A stretch of DNA of 10,065 bases from Nitrosopumilales archaeon (lineage in GTDB: Archaea; Thermoproteota; Nitrososphaeria; Nitrososphaerales; Nitrososphaeraceae): contig JBIQJB010000045.1 in NCBI GenBank assembly GCA_044507735.1, positions 1-10,065 of the forward strand, read 5' to 3'. Under the pieces are notes generated by a model. That model was not told the DNA's origin, did no database searches, and saw only the letters and a list, made by a program, of their open reading frames with translations. Positions 1 to 6,383 of this stretch are shown piece after piece (position 1 is the first letter of the stretch; every line of letters starts with the position of its first letter). The translations under genes and the position numbers were made by a program.

Positions 1-97
1 GTTTGAATCGGACTATGGTAGGATTGAAAGCAGGCGGTAGCAGAAACTACCGAGGGAACGCTACCAAGTTTGAATCGGACTATGGTAGGATTGAAAG
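1..97 (+). CRISPR. End of a CRISPR array: two identical 30-bp repeats GTTTGAATCGGACTATGGTAGGATTGAAAG (1-30, 68-97) and one 37-bp spacer (31-67); array probably continues upstream of the window
   Basis: Exact direct repeats with typical repeat and spacer lengths. GTTT start and ATTGAAAG 3' handle are typical of Cas6-processed type I/III repeats, implying + orientation and that this is the trailer end. No cas genes in the window. Confidence 0.93.
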
Positions 98-364
98 ATT
101 TTTCGTTAACAAATGTTAATAATTTGCTGACATTCATCCTATACTGATTTATCGATCTACGTCTGTACCGTCGAAAATGCATAAACAAATGTAGGTGAGT
201 AGCCGATCTGCACGACTAGTTTTCCCTTTACAGAGGGTTTGTACTCACGTATCCGCCACGGACATGGTCTTGATTTTTCATGTAACGAAAGTCTCGTGTG
301 ACAAGACTTTGGTCACAGAAGAGCTGTCCAGACCTTTTTACAATGAGCGAATTGAATACAACGT

Positions 365-402
365 GTAAAACTATATAATTTGCCTCCTCAATAGAGGAGG
401 CA
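365..402 (+). promoter_or_regulatory. BRE/TATA-like promoter (GTAAAACTATATAA) followed by perfect inverted repeat TGCCTCCTC-AATA-GAGGAGGCA (381-402)
   Basis: Purine-rich BRE plus TATATAA lies about 25 bp upstream of ATG 402. The 9-bp perfect palindrome arms are directly visible. Confidence 0.5.
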
Positions 403-500
403 TGTCCGAAATCAACCGTTTGGATTCGGACTCGATATCTGGAGAATCAGGGAACCACCGGGCCCGCTACCTCTATATCTGACGCTCACAAATAGCCTGC

Positions 501-568
501 CGCTCAAATGATGATCTGTTATCCGTGGGAGCGAAAGCGATGAAATGCTTACGACGGTCTGATGAGTG
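501..568 (+). ncRNA. Archaeal C/D box sRNA (2'-O-methylation guide), predicted to target 23S rRNA
   Basis: Box C ATGATGA 508-514; box C' GCGATGA 537-543; box D CTGA 559-562; degenerate D' (GGGA 527-530 or GCGA 531-534); terminal stem CGCTCA 501-506 / TGAGTG 563-568. Guides TCTGTTATCC (515-524) and CTTACGACGGT (548-558) are complementary to conserved 23S GGAUAACAG(A/G) and ACCGUCGUGAG. TATA-like CTATAT at ~473-478. Confidence 0.85.
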
Positions 569-643
569 CTCTAACACAAGAGACAACAATTGTTTGGTTG
601 GAGCTTTGAAAAATATATGCATCCAAGCGCATACTCTTACCTG

Positions 644-1210
644 CTATGCGCCTATGAGCAGATCGTGCAGCTGCTTTAGTATCCTTGCAGTAGCGCCCCA
701 GATCACGTTGTGATTGTAGGTGAACTTGTATGCGCCTCGATCAAGCCCGTAGTGTTCAGTGTCCGGCTGCATGCTCCTTAGCGTCCCCATGAGAGGTATG
801 TCGATTACCGCTTCGACTTCGCTTGCCGCGGTCCTGTATTGCGGCAACATTTCCTGAACAGTTACAAACGGAACAACAAAGTGGTTCGAAGTCATTGTGA
901 ACACAGCGCGCAGGCTACCAGCTACTTGATCCGGTGTAAATGAAATCCCGATCTCTTCCTCAGTTTCCCTCAATGCGGTTGCAAGTAGAGTGCCGTCGCT
1001 TTCAACATACCTGCCTCCAGGAAAAGAGATCTCTCCCTTGTGCGCTTTCAGATTAGAGCTGCGCTTTGTAAGAAACACGTGTGGTTCATTATCATGGTAG
1101 TGAATTATCACAAGAACTGCCGCCGGTGTTGCAGAATCCGCGTCCGCCGCCACATAGGATCTTTCAGACAAAGCAGGCCGCAGAGCGGAGAGAATCTCAT
1201 CCTTGCGCAA
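644..1210 (-). CDS. Nudix hydrolase, CoA pyrophosphatase (NudL/NUDT7-like) family
   Basis: NuCoA-type motif LTKRSSNLKAHKGEISFPGG, Nudix box ..ATALRETEEEIG, C-terminal VIWGATA; TTG start. Confidence 0.92.
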   Translation of the reverse strand: MRKDEILSALRPALSERSYVAADADSATPAAVLVIIHYHDNEPHVFLTKRSSNLKAHKGEISFPGGRYVESDGTLLATALRETEEEIGISFTPDQVAGSLRAVFTMTSNHFVVPFVTVQEMLPQYRTAASEVEAVIDIPLMGTLRSMQPDTEHYGLDRGAYKFTYNHNVIWGATARILKQLHDLLIGA

Positions 1211-1301
1211 CGTCTGTCGAAACCGTCACAGCCAAATATATGCTCTAAGAGCATGCAACCTCTCATTTAATAATGCCGGGTGCCGCTTCTGTGGATTGGC
1301 G

Positions 1302-2063
1302 ATGAAGATATCTTACGAGCTGAACCCGCCCAAGATCGTCAAGGGTGAAAGGTTTGATCTGGCTCAGCTGAATGCCGATATAGAGGCGATGGTAGACAGA
1401 GCGTCGCAACTGTCAGGCCTTGTCAGCGACATTCACCTGACAGATTCTGTGCTTGGCATACCAAGAATCTCAAGCGTCACAGCCGCCCGCTACATTAAGG
1501 ATCACGTTGATGCAAAGATGAGCTGTAGCATCAGGGTGCGAGACCGCAACTTTACTTCATTGAGCCAAGTAGTTTGTGATGCAATACTTACAGGAGTTGA
1601 TAGTCTGCTCTTGTTGATGGGCGACGAGCCAGCGGACAGGTCTGGAGATTCAGGTCTGCGTCCGAGCACAGCAGTCAAGATGTTGAAAAAGGAACATTAT
1701 GATGTAAGCATCAAGCTTGACCTGTCCTTTCCAGCGAAAATCAAGGACAAGTCAAGCCCATCAATTCAAAACAAACTCCAAGCAAGACCGCACTCGCTTG
1801 TCACCCAGTCAATTTCCTCTTTGTCAGACCTTGGTGAGATTGTGGATTTGACCAAGCCTCTTGGTATCAGGGTTGCTGCTGTAGTGATGGTGCCTTCCGA
1901 AAAGAATAGGCAGTCAGCGTCGATAATCGGGCTTGACTGGTCGGCATACGAGAAAAACCCAGTCGACTTTGTAAGGCAGGCCGCTAGGATTGCAGATAAG
2001 GTCCTCCTCACATCTCCCAATAGCTTTGCTTCTGGCCTAGAGCTGCTAAAGCAGCTCAAGTAA
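1302..2063 (+). CDS. Methylenetetrahydrofolate reductase-like (MetF family) FAD-linked oxidoreductase
   Basis: N-terminal ISYELNPPK, IHLTDS, RVRDRN and LLLLMGD match MetF-family motifs. ATG 1302 follows a TATA-like TTTAATAA at ~1266; the longer 1203 start overlaps the Nudix gene and is unlikely. Confidence 0.75.
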   Translation: MKISYELNPPKIVKGERFDLAQLNADIEAMVDRASQLSGLVSDIHLTDSVLGIPRISSVTAARYIKDHVDAKMSCSIRVRDRNFTSLSQVVCDAILTGVDSLLLLMGDEPADRSGDSGLRPSTAVKMLKKEHYDVSIKLDLSFPAKIKDKSSPSIQNKLQARPHSLVTQSISSLSDLGEIVDLTKPLGIRVAAVVMVPSEKNRQSASIIGLDWSAYEKNPVDFVRQAARIADKVLLTSPNSFASGLELLKQLK

Positions 2064-2853
2064 CGCTGTTGTCCTCATCCTTGCCCACAGAAGATATCTC
2101 ACCTTTCATTGCATCAATGACCTGCCGGTAGTATGGCTGTAGATTTTCATCCTCCGGTAGACGAGGTCGGCGATAGTCGACCGTAATCACCTTTTTCACA
2201 GTTCCAGGCCTCTTTGTGAAAACCACAACCTTGTCGCCCAGAACTACGGATTCCAGGATGTTGTGGGTGATAAACATTATCGTCTTCTTCGTCCGCGCCC
2301 ATATCAGCTGTAGCTCAACTAACAGGAGGTCCCGAGTCTGACTGTCTAGTGCGGCAAACGGTTCATCCATCAGAAGCACTTCCGGGTCGATTGCAAGTGC
2401 TCTTGCTATGGCGACGCGCTGTTTCATGCCGCCCGACAGCTGGTACGTGTAAGCGTCAGCAAACTTGGTCAGTTGCATCATTTCTAGATAATGCATTGCG
2501 CGCTCGCGCCTCTTGTCTTTCGGGATCCCGGCCATCTTCAATCCAAACTCTACATTGTCCACTACCTTGAGCCATGGGAACAGCGCGTTTTCCTGAAAAA
2601 CCATGACGCGATCTGGGCCGGTTTCTGTCACAGGGTGGCCATCCAGTATGACCTCCCCTTCAGTTGGCCTGTCAAGTCCTGCCAGTATGTTCAGCAGAGT
2701 TGTCTTCCCGCAACCAGACGGCCCCACAAAGCAAACAAACTGCCCGTCGTCTATCGAGAGATTGATGCCCTTTACAGCAGTGATCAGCTTGGTTTCGTTT
2801 CCCTGTACGGCGTTGAACTGTTTGCCGATGTTTCGAACTTCAAGCTTGGCCAT
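2056..2853 (-). CDS. ABC transporter ATP-binding subunit, NitT/TauT (TauB/SsuB/NrtD-like) family
   Basis: Walker A GPSGCGKTT, Q-loop VFQENALFPW, signature LSGGMKQR, Walker B LLMDEPF, H-loop ITH. Confidence 0.95.
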   Translation of the reverse strand: MAKLEVRNIGKQFNAVQGNETKLITAVKGINLSIDDGQFVCFVGPSGCGKTTLLNILAGLDRPTEGEVILDGHPVTETGPDRVMVFQENALFPWLKVVDNVEFGLKMAGIPKDKRRERAMHYLEMMQLTKFADAYTYQLSGGMKQRVAIARALAIDPEVLLMDEPFAALDSQTRDLLLVELQLIWARTKKTIMFITHNILESVVLGDKVVVFTKRPGTVKKVITVDYRRPRLPEDENLQPYYRQVIDAMKGEISSVGKDEDNSVT

Positions 2854-2876
2854 CTTGTGTCCCTTCTACTTCTCCC

Positions 2877-3431
2877 CTACACCAAGTCGCTAGTGTCGCC
2901 AAACTGCTTCATCCTATTTATCCGCCGCCTGTCCAAGAACGTAATGATTGCGCCGGCTATTGCTACAGCCATGCCTACAGCGAGCAGCGATGTGAAACCG
3001 AGAGCGCCCATAGCTGTGGAGAGGTTGCTTCTGCTCAGTACGGTCTCATAATCATCTAACAACACTGAAACTTCAAGTGGCATGTCTGTCGGATTTGTAA
3101 GCGCAAGCGTGTAAACACCGGGTTCCCGTATCTCAAAAGTTTCAATCACGATGGGAGGATCGATGCTCTTTTCAATCAATATATCGCCGGAAGGATTTCT
3201 TATCTCGATTGCAACCTGCCCCTCAAATCCCGGGAATGCGACAACATAAGCAGCAGCGCTTGCGTTAACATTCTTTTGTATTTCAATAGAAGCGCCGGGC
3301 TCTACACTAAGCGTTTCTTCTTGCTGTACGCTGTCTACGAACTGCAATCCATAGTATGCAAGCATCGAAAAGCTTATGGCCACCATTGCCCCGCCTGCGA
3401 TCATCAATATCAGGCCCCTCTTTAGATGCAA
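2877..3431 (-). CDS. Membrane protein with N- and C-terminal TM helices flanking a beta-rich extracellular domain
   Basis: Two hydrophobic segments around a beta-strand-pattern domain (EPGVYTLALTN). TTG at 3431 preferred over 3515 because a minus-strand TTATATAA lies at ~3457-3464. Ends 23 bp before the ABC ATPase start. Confidence 0.78.
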   Translation of the reverse strand: MHLKRGLILMIAGGAMVAISFSMLAYYGLQFVDSVQQEETLSVEPGASIEIQKNVNASAAAYVVAFPGFEGQVAIEIRNPSGDILIEKSIDPPIVIETFEIREPGVYTLALTNPTDMPLEVSVLLDDYETVLSRSNLSTAMGALGFTSLLAVGMAVAIAGAIITFLDRRRINRMKQFGDTSDLV

Positions 3432-3856
3432 TCTGAAAATGCGTAAAGCCCAGTAATTATATAATCTTATCAAAGGTATTTCCGCTTTCACCAACAAGTC
3501 GTCGGTGTACAACACGTATTTGCAGATATGAAATTGATGGATAGGCGAGACAGAGACAAGGGATGACTATTCGTGCAGGAGAGCAGTGGAGAACTATTAA
3601 TTATCTTTCGATTTCGTTGCATATCAAGATACAGTCAGACCGGGAGTAATACTATATGCACCAATCTTGTAGATTGTAGACAGCTCCTCCTTGTTCTTTG
3701 GGTTCGGGTCCCGGTTCAAACCCCTGCATCACTTTTCCGTCTGGCAAAATCTACGCTGATTGGGGTAATCAATAGCTTCCTTGTTCGACGAGCTGGCAGA
3801 CCATGAAAATATGAAGCAGTTTGCATAACTCCTGAAATAATCTCCAAATATAAATT

Positions 3857-3898
3857 ATACTATCATATAGTATCTACTATCAGGTACTTTATATATAA
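3857..3898 (+). promoter_or_regulatory. Promoter of exported-protein cluster: palindrome ATACTAT-CAT-ATAGTAT (3857-3873), repeated half-site TACTATCA (3858-3865, 3875-3882), TATA TTTATATATAA (3888-3898)
   Basis: Perfect 7-bp inverted repeat, 8-bp direct repeat, and strong TATA box about 25-30 bp upstream of ATG 3921. Confidence 0.7.
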
Positions 3899-3920
3899 GA
3901 CTCCCACGATAGGAAATACC

Positions 3921-4542
3921 ATGACTCTCTCAAAGAAGAGAATTATGTATGCAACGGTATTGTCGGCAATCGCGGCATCCCTATTTTCGGTAGTGCTGCT
4001 GGTTGGCAATACTCAAAAAAGAGGCCGTTGAGAGTAGTTCGCTAGAGTCAGTAGCCGGTCCCGTCAGCATCATGGATAGGTTCGAAAAGGGCTATGCAAC
4101 AGACTTGATAGTGGGCAAGATAGAAACCGACAACATATCGGTAAAGCGCGGACAGACGTTGGAGATCCCCGTAACATTCGAACATCTAAGCAACACAAGC
4201 ACCAGCAAGGACGTAACGCTGACCAATTTCCATAACGCGTTCAGAAACTTCGCCCCGTCCGCAAATGAAGGGCTCGACGACGCTGAGTTCATGAAGCTAA
4301 TTCGCGAAAACGAATCTGTCAGAGGGGAAATAAAGATGGAAGAAGTCACAGTCTCGCCCTCTACGGTGACGATTTCACCAAAGGCAACAACTACTGTAAT
4401 CATGACAGTGACGGTGCCACAGGACCTCCCTGTAGAGATGACTGGCAAGTCCATAACTATCGGCCTAGGATTCGACATCTCGCCCGAATCGACCGAGATC
4501 CGGGGCGTTGGTCCTAGCGTGACTTTGGTGGTGACTGAGTAG
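3921..4542 (+). pseudogene. Frameshifted gene for an exported/membrane-anchored Ig-like protein (about 206 aa if A6 at 4015-4020 is read as A5)
   Basis: ATG 3921 reads MTLSKKRIMYATVLSAIAASLFSVVLLVGNTQKRGR* (basic N-region plus hydrophobic core) and stops at 4029-4031. Removing one A joins it to the 4003..4542 frame (..QKEAVESS..), which has Ig-like beta-strand patterns. Confidence 0.75.
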
Positions 4543-4544
4543 AA

Positions 4545-5495
4545 TTGACGAAAAAACTAGGCATAGTTGGCACATCTATCGCCGTCGCGATGATGGCGAT
4601 GTTGACCGCGCCCATGACAATCCAGTTCGCATTCGCGGACCAGCCGTACGTTGCAGGATACGGCATCGACGGAACCACTGTCAGCGACATAGGAGAAGCT
4701 TACATTCGACAGTACTTCACCGATGAAGACGGCAATAACAGCATAGATGAAGACCTGCTTTCAGTCCTTTCAATCGAAGGGACTACAGGAGGAGTGAGCG
4801 GAGTGTCAGGGTTCAACTATCAGGGCGTGCTTCAGTGGGACATTGACGGTTATATTTACACCAACGACCAAGTGTGGGGTCCGAACCAGGCAAAGACCTC
4901 CTACGGTGAGCAAGACAGCTTAATCGCGTTGCAAATGGTCCCAAAGAGCCAGTTCTCCAGAGCTACTACCGACATCTACTATAACGCTGGCCAGACTCAG
5001 GTGTACTTCGACCACGTGATCTACAAAACAGACGGAACCTCGTTCGGCAGCGCGAGCGTTCACTTGAAGAAGAGCTGGGAGCCGACAACGCGCTTCCTAT
5101 ACGGAAAGTGCACGGGCAGCGCCTGCTACAGCGGCAACCCTAGCAGCAACACCTTCAAGTTCTTCCAGTTTGGCATAGAAACTGAAGTGACAGAGCCGAC
5201 GAACTTCAAGGTCAAGCAGGACACAATCAGATACAAGCTTCAGGGCTCATCATCTTGGACAAACGTGAGCAGCAAGGACGCCTACCTGACCTACGGCGAC
5301 TCAGGCAACCTCGTGGGATGGTGGTTCGACAATACTAACGCACGACGTCTGGTTACGTTGGGAGGGTTCTCATTCTACGACGCCTATGCCAAGGCCCAGT
5401 TGACGGATGGCTCTTACAGTGCAGGAATTGTGGAATGGGACTATACAAACTGCGGCGGCCAGAGATGCCACACCCTGCCACAACAGCTGTGGTAG
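4545..5495 (+). CDS. Secreted beta-rich protein of unknown function
   Basis: 316-aa ORF with Sec signal ending AFA|D, rich in Tyr/Gly/Thr/Ser, two Cys pairs (CTGSAC, CGGQRC), many C-ending codons. Starts 2 bp after the upstream stop. Confidence 0.85.
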   Translation: MTKKLGIVGTSIAVAMMAMLTAPMTIQFAFADQPYVAGYGIDGTTVSDIGEAYIRQYFTDEDGNNSIDEDLLSVLSIEGTTGGVSGVSGFNYQGVLQWDIDGYIYTNDQVWGPNQAKTSYGEQDSLIALQMVPKSQFSRATTDIYYNAGQTQVYFDHVIYKTDGTSFGSASVHLKKSWEPTTRFLYGKCTGSACYSGNPSSNTFKFFQFGIETEVTEPTNFKVKQDTIRYKLQGSSSWTNVSSKDAYLTYGDSGNLVGWWFDNTNARRLVTLGGFSFYDAYAKAQLTDGSYSAGIVEWDYTNCGGQRCHTLPQQLW

Positions 5496-5515
5496 GGGCA
5501 CTTCCCCACTTTTTT
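5495..5515 (+). terminator. Hairpin plus oligo-T terminator GGGG-CACTT-CCCC-AC-TTTTTT
   Basis: 4-bp GC stem and T6 tract directly at the stop codon of 4545..5495. Confidence 0.65.
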
Positions 5516-5546
5516 GAAACAGACTATAGAACGGGACTGAGTAACC

Positions 5547-6191
5547 TTGAAATCGCACGGAAAGCTCTTGATAACAAAGACATTGTTCGACCGAAGTGTC
5601 GTGCTTACACTTGCATTACTCCTGCCTCTGACCTTTGGTGTTGGGAAGGTTATCGCTCAGGAATCCGATGCGGGTGCATCATCTTCTCTCCTTAAGTTTG
5701 AAAATGAGGAGCCATCACGCATTACAATAACGGCCGGCGAGACGATCACGTTGAAAGGCTCAGTTCAGAGTCTAATTGATGTGGAGATGACTGTGGAGTT
5801 GTCTCTCGTATCAGACGGGAGCGAATCCGGTGGCTGGGTAGTTGAGGAAATGGACCCCCCTTCGGATTTCCTTCTGCCGGCAACTGAAGGGGTTCCTTAT
5901 GAGTTCAAAGTCCGGTTTCTCGAACCGGGAAGCGTAAAGCTGCAGCCGAGTGCACGCATACTAGAAATCCCGAATAGGACAACCCCGATCGACTCAAATT
6001 CGCCAGACTGTCCAAGCTGTTTGGGAAGAGGATCAAACATTGTTGTGACCGAAGGAAACCCCCCAAATGATGAAATGCCTTTGATTCTGGCGGTCGGTGT
6101 TGCATTGCCTATAGCCGCTGGCGCGGCGATTTCTGGATGGTACTTTCTTCGAAAATCTAGGGCCGCAAGGCGACGTAATTCGCAGCTCTGA
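5547..6191 (+). CDS. Divergent AmoB-like (archaeal ammonia monooxygenase subunit B fold) membrane-anchored protein without copper-binding His residues
   Basis: Colinear with recalled archaeal AmoB motifs: AGETITLKGSVQSL ~ TGETLTLSGTLVSL; WVVEEMDPP ~ WEILARDPP; VPY; LEPG; LGRGSNIVV ~ LGPGQTVVV. Signal peptide and C-terminal TM plus basic tail. Start may be a few codons later. Confidence 0.75.
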   Translation: MKSHGKLLITKTLFDRSVVLTLALLLPLTFGVGKVIAQESDAGASSSLLKFENEEPSRITITAGETITLKGSVQSLIDVEMTVELSLVSDGSESGGWVVEEMDPPSDFLLPATEGVPYEFKVRFLEPGSVKLQPSARILEIPNRTTPIDSNSPDCPSCLGRGSNIVVTEGNPPNDEMPLILAVGVALPIAAGAAISGWYFLRKSRAARRRNSQL

Positions 6192-6383
6192 TTCGATTAG
6201 ATCATTTAGGCTTCCGGCAGGTCTCTCACAACTTCCTGAATCAAGCGGGTACACTTACGTGCTCGAAGAATGGATAAGGACTTTAGCCGCACCGATGGCT
6301 TCTCTCTTAAAAAGAATGCTCGCACCTATGTGAGACCTGAAACCTCTAGTCTATACATGACAGAGCCGTGTCGATCACAATAA

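Noticed and set aside
527-571. Hammerhead ribozyme-like words (CGAAA 532-536, CTGATGAG 559-566)
   Set aside because: Stem I would be only 2 bp and stem II mismatched. The C/D box model explains the same bases with rRNA-complementary guides.
525-713. 62-aa + strand ORF
   Set aside because: Overlaps the C/D sRNA and the Nudix 3' end; Cys-rich and not protein-like.
3700-3735. Intact tRNA gene
   Set aside because: T-stem pairs only 2 bp; no D arm, anticodon arm or acceptor stem can be built.
3573-3806. 77-aa + strand ORF
   Set aside because: No recognisable motif or clear promoter; likely spurious.
4015-4021. A_AAA_AAG -1 programmed frameshift signal
   Set aside because: Heptamer is not in the upstream reading frame, and the join needs +1, not -1.
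5547-6191. Calling this gene canonical amoB
   Set aside because: All CuB histidines and the conserved AmoB C-terminus are missing, and no other amo genes are adjacent.
6270-6383. 37-aa + strand ORF (MDKDFSRTDG...)
   Set aside because: Short, no promoter or recognisable motif, and overlaps the fold-back region.
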